Positions 19,237 to 30,100 of a stretch of 64,000 nt of DNA are shown here, piece after piece (the stretch's first letter is position 1; the number at the start of each line of letters is the position of its first letter). A program made the translations under genes and the position numbers. The stretch is from IMG/VR virus record IMGVR_UViG_3300049049_000237, positions 127,682 through 191,681 of that record, one strand, 5' to 3'. This stretch comes from a virus. The notes under the pieces were generated by a model. The model did no database searches. It was not told where the DNA came from and saw only the letters and a list, made by a program, of their open reading frames with translations.

Positions 19237-19705
19237 GGCCCGCCACCACGCCAGTCACGACCACGCCCATCGCGAACCCGAACGACCACGTCTCGTAGAA
19301 GGGCGGGCTCCTGTGCCGCGCGAGCTCGCCCTCGTACCGGGCAGCCTGCTCGCGAAGATCGGTACGGAGCCCATCCACCTCCCGCTGGTAGCTCTCCTCG
19401 ACGATGCGGAGCTGCGTGTCGGTCGAGGCCTCGTGCTCCTCGTGACAGGTGCGGAGCTCGTCCGTGAGCAGCCGGATCTGCATCCGGTAGCGCACGATGC
19501 GGTTGCCCCACCGCGTGGCCGTAGCCGGGTCGAAGAGCTGACCGCTGAAGGGCGCCACGATGCCCCTGGTGGCGATGACGATGACGTCTTCCCCCGGAGG
19601 CACGTCGACGTCTCCCGGGGGCGGAGGCTCGACCGGAGGGGCCTCCTGTGCAGCCACGGGCGCTGCGAAGAGCAGGAGCGTCAGCAGGATGGCCCAGCGG
19701 ATCAC
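19205..19705 (-). CDS. Exported coiled-coil protein with C-terminal TM, spanin-like partner
   Basis: Signal peptide, Pro-rich linker, coiled coil, C-terminal hydrophobic helix; GAGG SD before GTG 19705. Confidence 0.6.
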   Translation of the reverse strand: MIRWAILLTLLLFAAPVAAQEAPPVEPPPPGDVDVPPGEDVIVIATRGIVAPFSGQLFDPATATRWGNRIVRYRMQIRLLTDELRTCHEEHEASTDTQLRIVEESYQREVDGLRTDLREQAARYEGELARHRSPPFYETWSFGFAMGVVVTGVVAGLIAGLVGAIP

Positions 19706-20046
19706 AGCGACCTCAGCCACACGTTCAGGGCCTCGGGGTCGTCCTCCAGCCGAGCTGCATGCTCTCGCTGGTGCTCGCTGAGGGTCGCGAGCTTCTCCTG
19801 GTTCTCCCGGTGGATCTTGTCGAGGCGGGTGCGGAGGGCATCGCGCTCAGCGGTGAGCTCGCTCTCTCGGCGCGCTGCCTCCTCACGTTCGCGCTTCTCG
19901 GCCTCCTCGTCGGGATCGATCGTCACGACCTCGGTGGGCTTCGAGAAGCGTCCGGCGACGAACAGCAGGATGCCGATGGGGAACAGCAGCCACTGCCAGT
20001 TCGCCTTCAGCCACGCCCAGACCTTCTTGAGGGTCTCCACGATCAC
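19702..20046 (-). CDS. Inner-membrane spanin (Rz)-like protein
   Basis: N-terminal TM (WQWLLFPIGILLFVAG) then charged coiled coil; follows the holin-like gene. Confidence 0.6.
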   Translation of the reverse strand: MIVETLKKVWAWLKANWQWLLFPIGILLFVAGRFSKPTEVVTIDPDEEAEKREREEAARRESELTAERDALRTRLDKIHRENQEKLATLSEHQREHAARLEDDPEALNVWLRSL

Positions 20047-20408
20047 TCGTCCTTCTTGTTGTTCTTCCAGTCGTCCGCGAGATCCTTGATCTTCGAGAAC
20101 GAGTAGTCGGAGAACATGCCGACCACACCACCCCAGACGATGGTGATCGAGCACGTCTCCCAAATGCTGTCGAACTTCTGGAGGTAAACCTCGATGGCCT
20201 CGGGGTGTAGCGGCACGAACGTCGCAACCAGCGCACCCGTGATGACGGGCACGCCGGGGAACACGATGCGGTTGAGGAAGACGTTCTTCTTCCGCTTCTC
20301 GCGACCGATGCGGATGTCCACCAGCGTCTTGACGAGCTGAGTGAAGCCCCAGCACATGGCGCCGATGATGAGCGCCTGCCAGGTCGCGAGCTGTTCGACG
20401 AGTGCCAT
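20043..20408 (-). CDS. Holin-like membrane protein
   Basis: 121 aa, three hydrophobic segments, charged C-terminus, end of tail operon. Confidence 0.62.
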   Translation of the reverse strand: MALVEQLATWQALIIGAMCWGFTQLVKTLVDIRIGREKRKKNVFLNRIVFPGVPVITGALVATFVPLHPEAIEVYLQKFDSIWETCSITIVWGGVVGMFSDYSFSKIKDLADDWKNNKKDE

Positions 20409-20420
20409 GTGCTCCCCCTC

Positions 20421-22670
20421 TCAGAAGTTGCGCGGACCGGGATCGCTGACGACGAGCTGGATGCCGTAGATGGCGTCGAGCGCCGTGCCGGCGGTGTTGC
20501 CGGCGGTGATCATGAGGTGGTAGTCGCGGCAGTCGAGCGAACCGAGACCGTTGTCACGCACGACCGTATGGCCCGCTCCGAGAGCGCTCGCGAGCGAGAT
20601 GCGCTGCTGGAGCAGTGACGCGTCGTCGTACACGCTCGCGAGTACGGTCTGTGCGATCGGATTGTTGTACGGCGAGTTGAAGTCGACCGCGGTGTAGCAG
20701 AGCGAGACGTTGAGGCGGTTCGTGCCCGCACGCGCAGCTCCGGGCGTGACCATCACACGAACGTCCGTGATGATCATGCCCTCGCGCAGGTAGCTGTTGA
20801 GGGGGAACACGACGGTGCCGCTGTTCGCCAGCGAGAGCCACAGGGGCCCGTCGGTGAAGATCATGCCGTAGCCCCAGCCCGGCGAGGCCCCACCCATCGC
20901 GAGGCCATCTGCGAGGCTCACGAGGTAGCGACGCGTGACCGCGTTCTCGTAGACGAAGCCACCGCTCTGCGGCGACTTCGACGTGAAGACGCTGCCGTAG
21001 ACTCCGCCGCCCGAGTTGACGTGGAAGACCTCCTGCGAGCCTCCATCTTCGATACTCACGCCGCGGATGAGCGCCGACTCGCCCACGCCGCCGGTGACGA
21101 GCATCAGGGCCGTGCCATCATCGGTGCCCGGTGCCTCGATCACCGCCGCAGTACGCGTCGACGTGCCCGCCGTGATCGACGAGAACCCGACGTCGACCTG
21201 TCGCAGGCCGAGCGTGGTGCCGAAGAGCAGCCGCAGCGTGCCTGCGCCAGCCACCGGCAGCGACACCGTCTGCCCGCCGAGACCCTCCAGCGTGATGCGA
21301 CCGGTGTTGGTGTCGCGGCCCGTGACGAGGTAGATGCCCTGCTGCGCCGTCGGAGTGAGGACCTCCACCAGCGTCGTCGACGGATGAACGTTCCAGTCGG
21401 CCGCGGTGACGTCGGTGAGGTCGACGTTGTAGCCGCCCGAGTTGATGAAGTTGAAGTTGATGATGCCCGTCGGCGAGGAGGCCGGGCGCTTGTCGCCCTG
21501 CACGATGACGCCGAAGTGCGAGATGAGATCGCCCGCCGACATGGCAGCGAAGCCCGTCTCGTACGGGTTGGTACCCTCGTCCTGCCGCACGTACATCGCA
21601 GCGGCGCCGAACCTCGTACCGAGGTTGTAGAGCGTGCTGCTGACGCTGTCCGAATCCACCAACGACTCGATGGTGCCGGACGAGTGGATGTTGATGACGT
21701 CGTTCGGCGTGCCGTTCGTGAGCGTGTGGCGGAAGCGCGCCAGGTACGTCGATGCGATCGACGACACCGCGCTGCCGTACACGTCGAGCGGCGACGTCTC
21801 CGTCGGCATGGCGACGAGCGTCAGGCCTCGATGGTTCGAGCTGTTGTTCGATCCCCACTGGCTGTACGAGCCGAACTTGGGGCGATAGAACGCCGCCGCG
21901 GCCACGGTGTTCGCCGGGAAGGTGGGCAGCGTCCCGTCGAGATTGCGCAGCGTGCAGCGTGCGTTCTGGCCGCCGACGAGGGTGTCCACGATGTACAGAC
22001 CGTCGTACCCGCCGCTGGACACGGGTCCGGTGCCACTGACCTCGACGAGGTCGAGCCCGAGCGCCACCGCCGTCACCCCGCCGGTGTGCATCGTTCCGGC
22101 GTTCAGCGAGAGCTGCGTTGCGCCGGCTGCACCGGGGTTGAGGGTGACCGCGTTCGCGAGCGAGAACGTCGTCCCGTTCGCCGCCGTGAAAGAGAGCACA
22201 CGGCGATCGAGGTACCCGAAGAACGACGCGACGCCTGTCGAGAGCCCGAAGCCCGCGAAGTCGAACCCGCCACCACCATCGGTGACATCGTTCGTCGCAT
22301 CCGCACGGAACATCGCGTTCGCGATGTCGGACGTGTAGATGAACGCCATGCCCGACTGCGCCTCGACCGCGCCGCCGTCGGTCGTGATGAAGCGACCCGA
22401 CGATGGATCGGACACCGCGCCGCAGCGGTACGCCGCATCGAGACCGGACGTCTCGAACGCTGCCAGACGATCGTTCAGATCATCGTCGTTCAGGGCGAGT
22501 GCGTAGTGCGACCGGTTCGCGATCGCGCTGGTGAGCTGCTCACCGAACGCGATGCCGCGGTTGTTCGCGCTGAACGTGGGCGGCGCGGCGGTGTCGACCG
22601 GGACCCACCCCGGGTCACCAGGGGAGCCTGCACCGTTGCCGAAGAGCTCTTGCGACGTGAAGAAGGGCAT
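20421..22670 (-). CDS. Tail fibre / tail-associated structural protein
   Basis: 749 aa, G/T/S-rich beta-type composition, downstream of baseplate genes. Confidence 0.65.
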   Translation of the reverse strand: MPFFTSQELFGNGAGSPGDPGWVPVDTAAPPTFSANNRGIAFGEQLTSAIANRSHYALALNDDDLNDRLAAFETSGLDAAYRCGAVSDPSSGRFITTDGGAVEAQSGMAFIYTSDIANAMFRADATNDVTDGGGGFDFAGFGLSTGVASFFGYLDRRVLSFTAANGTTFSLANAVTLNPGAAGATQLSLNAGTMHTGGVTAVALGLDLVEVSGTGPVSSGGYDGLYIVDTLVGGQNARCTLRNLDGTLPTFPANTVAAAAFYRPKFGSYSQWGSNNSSNHRGLTLVAMPTETSPLDVYGSAVSSIASTYLARFRHTLTNGTPNDVINIHSSGTIESLVDSDSVSSTLYNLGTRFGAAAMYVRQDEGTNPYETGFAAMSAGDLISHFGVIVQGDKRPASSPTGIINFNFINSGGYNVDLTDVTAADWNVHPSTTLVEVLTPTAQQGIYLVTGRDTNTGRITLEGLGGQTVSLPVAGAGTLRLLFGTTLGLRQVDVGFSSITAGTSTRTAAVIEAPGTDDGTALMLVTGGVGESALIRGVSIEDGGSQEVFHVNSGGGVYGSVFTSKSPQSGGFVYENAVTRRYLVSLADGLAMGGASPGWGYGMIFTDGPLWLSLANSGTVVFPLNSYLREGMIITDVRVMVTPGAARAGTNRLNVSLCYTAVDFNSPYNNPIAQTVLASVYDDASLLQQRISLASALGAGHTVVRDNGLGSLDCRDYHLMITAGNTAGTALDAIYGIQLVVSDPGPRNF

Positions 22671-22683
22671 TGTTCTCCTGCTC

Positions 22684-23331
22684 TCAGAAACGGAACTCCC
22701 AGCGGACCTCGATGCTGAACACGCCGGACTTGTGGATGGTGTTGAACGTGTCGTAGGCGATCATCAGACCGCCTGCACCCGGGTACGCGCCCGCAGCGCC
22801 ATTCGGCAGCGAGGGGTCTGCCGCACTCGTGAAGAGACCGATCTCCGAGAGCGGCACGCTCGCGTAGCTGCCGAAGTTCAAGTCGGTCTCGCTGAAGACC
22901 GACGTGAAGCGCACGGACGTGGCCGTGGGGAACGTCGCGGGTGCCGTGATCTCCCGCATCCAGAGCGGAGCGGAGGTCACCTGCACCGGGCGCTGAAGAC
23001 CGGTGACCGTCAGGTCGGTGTCGGTCTGCGTGTTCGAGCCCGGGTAGTCGGTGCTGAAGGGCGCCGCGCTCGCGATCGACGAGTTCTGCCGGCTGCCACC
23101 GATGCCGAACCCGACGTACCGGACGACCGTGTCCTGGTGTCGGGTGATGACTGGGGTCGTCGACGAGACGATCACCTCCGCCAAGAACTGGCGGCCGATG
23201 TTCGTCACGATGTTGTGCGTTCGCTCGCGCTGGACGATCTTGCCGCGCTCACGAACATCGAGCTCGATGTTGACGAGCCCGATGATCGCGTCAGGCGGCA
23301 GCGAGACGAGCTTCTTCGCGTGTCTGCTCAC
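22684..23331 (-). CDS. Baseplate/tail-collar-like protein
   Basis: HNIVTNIG, GFGIGG, LSEIGLF, IEVRWEFRF motifs typical of this structural family. Confidence 0.68.
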   Translation of the reverse strand: MSRHAKKLVSLPPDAIIGLVNIELDVRERGKIVQRERTHNIVTNIGRQFLAEVIVSSTTPVITRHQDTVVRYVGFGIGGSRQNSSIASAAPFSTDYPGSNTQTDTDLTVTGLQRPVQVTSAPLWMREITAPATFPTATSVRFTSVFSETDLNFGSYASVPLSEIGLFTSAADPSLPNGAAGAYPGAGGLMIAYDTFNTIHKSGVFSIEVRWEFRF

Positions 23332-26300
23332 GGATGCACCGTATTCCCGGGGTCGATGATACCCGCCACGCCGTACGTCCCCGCAGGCAGAGTCATATCA
23401 TACGTGGGCGTGAAGGTGTTGCCGGGCGTTCCGGTGTGGGCTCCCGAGACGTCCGTCACCAGCGTGTCGACGAAGAAGACCGAGTCGTAGGTGATGATCC
23501 CACCAGCCCAGTCGATCTCGAAGTAGAGCTGAATCCAGTCGCTCGGGCAGTCGACGTACCCGTCGTAGTACGAGATGCCGTCGTCGAACGACGTCCAAAG
23601 CGTCCCGTCGCCCCGGTAGTCGTCGTACATGAACGCTCGACCCATGCCGCAGCCCGAGTCGTAGAGCTTGAGCGTGATGCCCATCTCCAGGTCGTCGACG
23701 ACGTCGATGTCGTCCACCAACGTCTTCCCGCCCAGCATGATCGGGTGCGAGTACGTCGGCTTGATGCGGTAAATGAGCTGGTAGATGAGGGACAGGTTCG
23801 CGAGGGACACGAGGTCCAGGTTGAACCTGACGAGGAAGTAGAAGAACTTCTCCAGCTCCGTGAGCAGCCCGCTCGACACGAACGGGATGAACCACGTCGG
23901 GTTGTTCTTGTAGTCCTCGATCCGCACGCCCGTGCCGATCGGGGCGAACTGGACGATGTAGTCGCCCACCGCGTACGGGACGCTCGTCCGCGGGTTCACT
24001 TCGAGGCCCGAGGTCGACGTGAGGTCGAGCGGGTCCTTGCGGTAGACGTACGAGCGTACGATCTCCGAGCGTGACGGCGTGTTGCCGTCATCGTCCTGGA
24101 TCAGCATGCGGCCGTAGTCGGGGCTGTAGTCGTCGCGGATCTCCGTGATGTACCCGGCGACCTCAGCGAACGGCTGCCCGAAGAGGATCTGCGCACCGAC
24201 GCGCATCGCGTACGGCGTCGGCCCACGCTGGCGGGCGTACATGATGCCGGCGACGCCGCTCAGGTACGAGAAACCCTCGCCCAGGTTCTCCGCGTCCTCG
24301 CGCAGGAAGCCCGCCAGACGACCGAACAAGTTCTCGATGTTTTGGTCGTTCTTGAAGATGACGAGCTCGGCCCAGAGGACGTCCGGCGGCTCCGTGTCGG
24401 TGTCGATGAACACGTCGTCGCGGAACTGGAGCGTCGGCACCGCCTGCTCCAGGTCGTTGCGGTAGAACGGCTCCAGGAAGTAGTCGATGTTCTCCTTCCA
24501 GATGGTCGGGGTCATCGACTGCGGGATGATGTCCTGGAGGCGCGGGATGCTGACGACGTCGTCGGGCAGCGTGACGCCCTTGCGCCTCTTCACCCCGAGC
24601 AGCCGCGTGGTGTAGTCGCCGTCCGCCAGCACACCGAACACACCGTCCAGGCGAGCCGCGACCGTCATCCCGTACTGCGAGACCACGTACCCGCTGTGAT
24701 CGGAGAACGAGTTCGTGGTCTCGTTGTACGCCTCGACCTTCACGAGATCGCCGGGGTACGCACCCTCGCTCTCGTAGTCGACCTCCGTGCTGCGGACGAT
24801 GCTGGGGATCTCCCACTCCGCCGTCGCATCGAAGGGCAGCGGATCGCGCAGAAGCAGGCGCTGGTTCGTGCCGCTGTCTCGCGGGTCGTTCAGCACGCGA
24901 TCGATCCGGAAGGCCTGCCCGCCGTTCAGGATGAGGAGGTCGCCGCTCTGCACGCCCTGCTCGACGAGGTCGACGCCCGTGTCCACGCGGTAGGTGTCGT
25001 CGGTAACACGAGCTCCACGGGCGCCGCTCAGGTAGTTGTACTGCCCGGTCGGGAAGCCCATCACGATCGCCGCGGTCGACGTCGCCCCGAGCCGGAAGGC
25101 CGTCGACGGCGAGCTCACGCCGAGCAGGTACCTACCCGCTTCGTTGCTCTCGTACGTCACCACGTCTCGGCTGGCGAGCGCCGCGTCGATGTCGGCGCGG
25201 ATCTGCGCGATCGTGTTGCCGGTCAACGTGACCGAGACCTCGTCGAACGTCCCGTCAGCCTGCGGGAACTCGAACACCATCGTCGCCCCGGTGACCACGG
25301 GGTTTCCGAGGTTGAAGTTGTGCGTGCCTTCGAGCTTGCCGAACCGCGCCGAGATGACGGCCGTCTCGTGCTCGGTCTCGTTGATCATCGTGCGGAGCGC
25401 GACCCACTTCTTCTGGAAGACGCGCTGCGCATCGCGAAGGCTCATGTTGTACTGGTGCTGCCAGACCTCCAGGAGGCGAGCTCCGAGGATCTGCGCAGCT
25501 CCGCGCCAGAACTCCGTGAAGATCCCGCGCCCCTCGACGAGCTTCCACTCGTCACCGAGGGCGTCCCAGATGGCTTCGACACGCGGCTCGACGCCGAGCG
25601 GAGCTCGCGCTCCGACGACGCTGACGAGGACCTCGGACTCCTCCGAGAAGGCACCGTCGTCCTCGACGATGAGGCCGAAGCGGTAGATGCCCGGGATGTC
25701 CGGGACCGCGTACGGCGTCTCGGTGTCCGCCCCGACCAGCAGCGACTGACGGATGATCCGGAACGGCACGCCGGTGAGGTTGTCGGGGATCGTGTCCGTC
25801 GTGACCGTGAGCGTCCCGCCGACGTTGTCGACCGTGTCGATGTCGTGGACCGTCTCCTGGATGACGAGCACGTCGTTCTGGGCGACCCACGAAGGAAGGG
25901 CCGACGGGGTGAACGAGAGGGTCGTGGTGACCCCGTCCGCATCACCATCGTCCGTCGTACTGCCCGAGGAGATGTCCGCGGCGAACTCCGAGCCGTACGG
26001 GGCATCCTTCGCGCGCCAGCGGTAGGTGAGCGGAGCGCCCTCGGGGTCGAAGCTCGCACGGCCGTCGAGGCGTGCCGTGTTGCCCGAGGAGATGACGCGG
26101 TCCGAGCCTGCGCTCGCCGTCGGGGGAAGGTTCGGGACGAGGAACGACCCAGCGAGCTGGAGAGCTCGGTACTCGACGCGGACCGGCTGCGAAGCCGACC
26201 CGATCACGGAGAGGCGGAACCGGTCGGCGGTCCCCGCAGGCGTCGGCTCGATCGGCAGGATCGCGCGCAGCGTGGGGAAGGGGTCCGACTCGCGGCCGAT

Positions 26301-26780
26301 GTAGATGTACGCCCGACCCTTGTCGCCGCTCACCGCAACACGCACTCGATGGAAGTAGCGGTTGATCTCGGCCGTGAACGTGGTGCTGTCCGGGATGGGC
26401 GAGGCGCTGCCGTAGTCGTCGATCCGGCTGAACGCCATGCCCGTGTGTGCGAAGTAGATCGCGACGCCTCGCCCTGCGTCGTCGGCGAGCTGAATGCCGA
26501 CATGATGTTCGTCGATGTCGCCGACGCTGTGCGGCATGCTCGGGAACCGGGCGATGAAGTCGATCGTGTACGACGACGGCATCGCCACGTTGAAGTCGGC
26601 GGTTGCATGCACGCCGTCCGAGCTCTGTACGATCAGGAGCGCCGTGCTCGCGTCGTACGTGAAGTACGGGGCTGCGCCTGGCGTGAGCGACAGATCCGAG
26701 GGACCCAGCCCCAACATGAGCGACATCGTCGCTTCGTTGAAGTCTGCGAGATCCCATGTTGCGGAAGACGGAAGAGGCAT
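23328..26780 (-). CDS. Large baseplate wedge-like protein with PKD-like domain
   Basis: PPTASAG...LDGRASFDPEG..LTYRW PKD signature; C-terminal RIKPTY; likely ATG 26780. Confidence 0.7.
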   Translation of the reverse strand: MPLPSSATWDLADFNEATMSLMLGLGPSDLSLTPGAAPYFTYDASTALLIVQSSDGVHATADFNVAMPSSYTIDFIARFPSMPHSVGDIDEHHVGIQLADDAGRGVAIYFAHTGMAFSRIDDYGSASPIPDSTTFTAEINRYFHRVRVAVSGDKGRAYIYIGRESDPFPTLRAILPIEPTPAGTADRFRLSVIGSASQPVRVEYRALQLAGSFLVPNLPPTASAGSDRVISSGNTARLDGRASFDPEGAPLTYRWRAKDAPYGSEFAADISSGSTTDDGDADGVTTTLSFTPSALPSWVAQNDVLVIQETVHDIDTVDNVGGTLTVTTDTIPDNLTGVPFRIIRQSLLVGADTETPYAVPDIPGIYRFGLIVEDDGAFSEESEVLVSVVGARAPLGVEPRVEAIWDALGDEWKLVEGRGIFTEFWRGAAQILGARLLEVWQHQYNMSLRDAQRVFQKKWVALRTMINETEHETAVISARFGKLEGTHNFNLGNPVVTGATMVFEFPQADGTFDEVSVTLTGNTIAQIRADIDAALASRDVVTYESNEAGRYLLGVSSPSTAFRLGATSTAAIVMGFPTGQYNYLSGARGARVTDDTYRVDTGVDLVEQGVQSGDLLILNGGQAFRIDRVLNDPRDSGTNQRLLLRDPLPFDATAEWEIPSIVRSTEVDYESEGAYPGDLVKVEAYNETTNSFSDHSGYVVSQYGMTVAARLDGVFGVLADGDYTTRLLGVKRRKGVTLPDDVVSIPRLQDIIPQSMTPTIWKENIDYFLEPFYRNDLEQAVPTLQFRDDVFIDTDTEPPDVLWAELVIFKNDQNIENLFGRLAGFLREDAENLGEGFSYLSGVAGIMYARQRGPTPYAMRVGAQILFGQPFAEVAGYITEIRDDYSPDYGRMLIQDDDGNTPSRSEIVRSYVYRKDPLDLTSTSGLEVNPRTSVPYAVGDYIVQFAPIGTGVRIEDYKNNPTWFIPFVSSGLLTELEKFFYFLVRFNLDLVSLANLSLIYQLIYRIKPTYSHPIMLGGKTLVDDIDVVDDLEMGITLKLYDSGCGMGRAFMYDDYRGDGTLWTSFDDGISYYDGYVDCPSDWIQLYFEIDWAGGIITYDSVFFVDTLVTDVSGAHTGTPGNTFTPTYDMTLPAGTYGVAGIIDPGNTVHP

Positions 26781-26803
26781 GAGCCGGTGGTAGGATAGCC
26801 CCG

Positions 26804-27106
26804 ATGCGCCTTCGTACGCTACCGCTGCATGTTCGTCGTCGTCTCCTCGAACACGAACAGGATGTCTTGTCGCCCGCGTCCGAGAAGCAGGCACAGACCT
26901 TCTCGAAGCCGTGCCCCCGCTGCGGAGGTGCCATGCATCTCGCTCTCGCGGCCAAGCCCTTCGGGGGAGGGCTGCTGCCCCGCAACGAAGCGAAGTGCGT
27001 GGACTGTGGCTGCTCGATCGACGCGACCACGGGCTTCATGACGGAGATGGGCAACCCGGCCAAGGTGGAGCCGGCGCTGCCCATCATCGATCCGAAGAAG
27101 GAGTAG
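26804..27106 (+). CDS. Small Zn-ribbon protein on the opposite strand
   Basis: CPRCGG...CVDCG; fills the gap between two - strand genes; TAGGAT 7 nt upstream. Confidence 0.72.
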   Translation: MRLRTLPLHVRRRLLEHEQDVLSPASEKQAQTFSKPCPRCGGAMHLALAAKPFGGGLLPRNEAKCVDCGCSIDATTGFMTEMGNPAKVEPALPIIDPKKE

Positions 27107-27107
27107 T

Positions 27108-30100
27108 TCAGGCGCGGATGCCGCCCGGCGCGATGCGCACGATGGCGAGGTCGTCCGCGATGAAGCGCTGGGTGCGGCTGGTCTTCGCGTAGTCACGCAC
27201 CAGCAGCGCCCGCATCTGGCGATCGATCGTGTGGTAGATGATGACGAGGATCGGCGCCGAGCGGCCCGTGGGCGACTCGCTGTCGATGTTGTAGATGCTC
27301 GTCGCACCGCGCGACGTCATCACCTTCGTCATGTCGACGATCTCCAGCTCCTCGTCCGAGCCGATCGCATCGAGGTACGTCGTGAGCGCGGTGCGCATCG
27401 ACACCTCGGTCTCGCCGCCCGCGTAGCGCCACGTGATGTTCACGTAGTGCGGGAGCAGGTGGCGCGCGAGGATCTCTTCGACGACGACGCGATGGTCGTC
27501 CGAGTCGCAGAAGCTCTGGACGTCGTCGACGAGCTGACTGCGATCGTAGGACACCTGCACGTTCTGCTGGCTGAGCTGCACGTACTCCTCGGGGCTGTCC
27601 GAGCTGCCCACGAGCAGGATGGTGCGGCTGATCTCGGCGAACAGACGCTCCGCTCGGCTGTACGAGAGGGTGTCGTTGTCCGTGTACAGCCGGTAGCCGT
27701 CCGAGACGTGCCCGGTGATCTCCATCGACAGGTTCGCGGGCGCGTTGTTCCGGTCTCCCGGCGCGAGCGACAGGAGCTCGACGTCGACGTAGTAGAGCCC
27801 CGTGCCGTCCTGGTTGTCGTTCATCTCGGTGCTGCTGATGCGCTGCACGTGACGCACGATGCGGTACGCCGTGTCCGCCACCGCGGTGGTACTGGCGAAC
27901 ACCGTGTCCGGCGAGAGCGTCAGCGTGTTCGGCTCGACGTCCGTGATGATGTAGCGACCAGCGCGCGGATGCGCCGTGCTCCTCGGAGCTCCCGCGAGCA
28001 GTAGCGGATCCGAGCCGCCGAGGATGGTGCTGTCGTCCCGGATGGTGATCTGCACGTCACCTTCGAGAACGAGGTAGCCCGAGCCGTCGATGGTCGCGAT
28101 CTCTTCGCCCACTTGCTCGTTGATGAACTCGGCGATGTCGTCGCGCGTGAGCGCTACCGAGAACGAGACGGTGATCCAAGGGTTCTCCGCGAGGCGGAGG
28201 ATCAGCGTCTGACCGATGATGCCCGCGATCGTGCCGGGCGACGACAGAGCAGCCGTGCTCGTGATCGGTCGGTACAGCACTTCGAGGATATCGCCGTCGC
28301 GCACCCCGAGCGCCTGGAAGTTCACCTCGGTGTCCCCGAAGACGTTGTTGACCGAGCCCGTCGACGTCTCACCGCCCTTCGGCAGCTCCGTCAGCGGCGG
28401 CGCCGGCTGCACGATGCGCTGGTTCTCCGGATCCGGGCGGTACTCCAGGAGATCGGTGCCCACGAGCGTCGTCAGTCGCGTGGCGTCGTAGTGGAACTCC
28501 GCTGACGTGGGATCGAGGAAGTAGACCCGCGCCGAGCCCACCGACGGACGCCCGATGCGGATGCGAACGCCGACCTCGGGCAGCAGCGGGGTGACCGCGT
28601 AGAGCGGCGTGGTGAAGTCCGACACCGGGCCCGAGCCGACGAGGAACGAGGTGGCCGTGCCGCTGTTCCGGAACAGCACCCGCGTGGTGCCGCGGTTGTT
28701 GCCGTCGACGAACTCGATGAGGTCTCCCTCTCGCGGGTTGTGCGCGGAGATGACGATCTCGATGTTGGTCGACGGGCGATCGGCCGTGTTGAACCCCAGC
28801 GAGACGTTCGCCGTGCCCGCCAGGTCCATCTGCACCCACTCGGGGCAGTAGATGCCGACGAACGACTGGCCGTTGTACGAGATGAGCGACGCGAAGACGG
28901 AGCGCCCAGCCAGCGTCACGTCGGCGTTGATCGCGCTCACGATCTGCGCGGGCGTCAACGAGCCCACCAAGTTCAGCGTGTGCGTCGCGGTCTGCCCAGC
29001 ATAGGGCCTCGTCGCGTTGCGGAAGTTGAAGATGAGGGTCTGCCCCGCACCGAACGCGACCGTCGCGCCGAGGGCGCCCGTCACGAGGCCGATGCGATCG
29101 GGGAATCCTTCGTACGTCAGGCCCGACCCTTCGTTCTGGAAGCCGCGCGTCATCACGACGACCGGGTCGCGGTACGGAATCACCACCCCATTCGGGGCGC
29201 CGCCGCTGTCGAGGAGCTGGAGCTCCTTCACGCGGACGACCGGGGTCTGCACCGCCTCGCCGGCACGGAAGATGGTGTAGCGGACGTTCGAGACCGTACG
29301 CTCGGGCGTCGGCGAGATCGTGAGCTGCACGGGGCCCACGGCGTCGATGTTGTAGTCACCGCCGACGAAGTCGCCTTCGAGGCGGAGGGTGTCGTTCTGC
29401 TGGACGTTGGCGTCGATGAAGTTCGTCGAGCTCAGCGTGGTGACCGAGTTGTTTCCGGCCACGAGGACCATGTCCTCGCCGTCGACCTTGATGTCCTTCG
29501 GCTCCGTGAGCTCGACGCTGATCTCGTTGACGATCTTCCAGGAGATGCCGCCCTGCGTGCCCGTCATCTCGACCGGGACGCGCACCTCGACCGTCGTGCC
29601 GTCCACGCGAGCATCGCGGATCGCGTAGCTGCCGATGTCGACGCCCTCGCTCAGCACGATGCTGTAGTTCTGGCCCTCGATCGAAGCGAGGAGCGCGGCC
29701 GCGCCGCCCGTCGGATCGTTGATGACGATCCAGTCCGCGTCGACCCCAGGCGACGCCACCGTCTCGGCGTCGAAGCCCATCGCGAGCGGTTCCTCGTCCG
29801 ACAGACCCTCGATCGCGACCGTTTCCTCGGATGTCTCGCCTGCGAGGTACACGTCGGTCTTGCCGCCGATGTGGACCTCGTCACTGGTGATGACGAGCTC
29901 GCCGTCCGGAGTGTCCGGCAGCGTGATGCCGCCCGGGATGTCCGAGATGGTGAGCTCCTTCTTGCGCAGCGCCCACGACACCGACAGCGGGAACGACGGG
30001 AGCTCGATGTCGACGAGGATGTCCGTGTCCGAGATGACCTCGGTCACCTGCACGTCCTTGAAGACCGGAGGCGAGCCGTACACGAGCGTGACGTAGTAGC

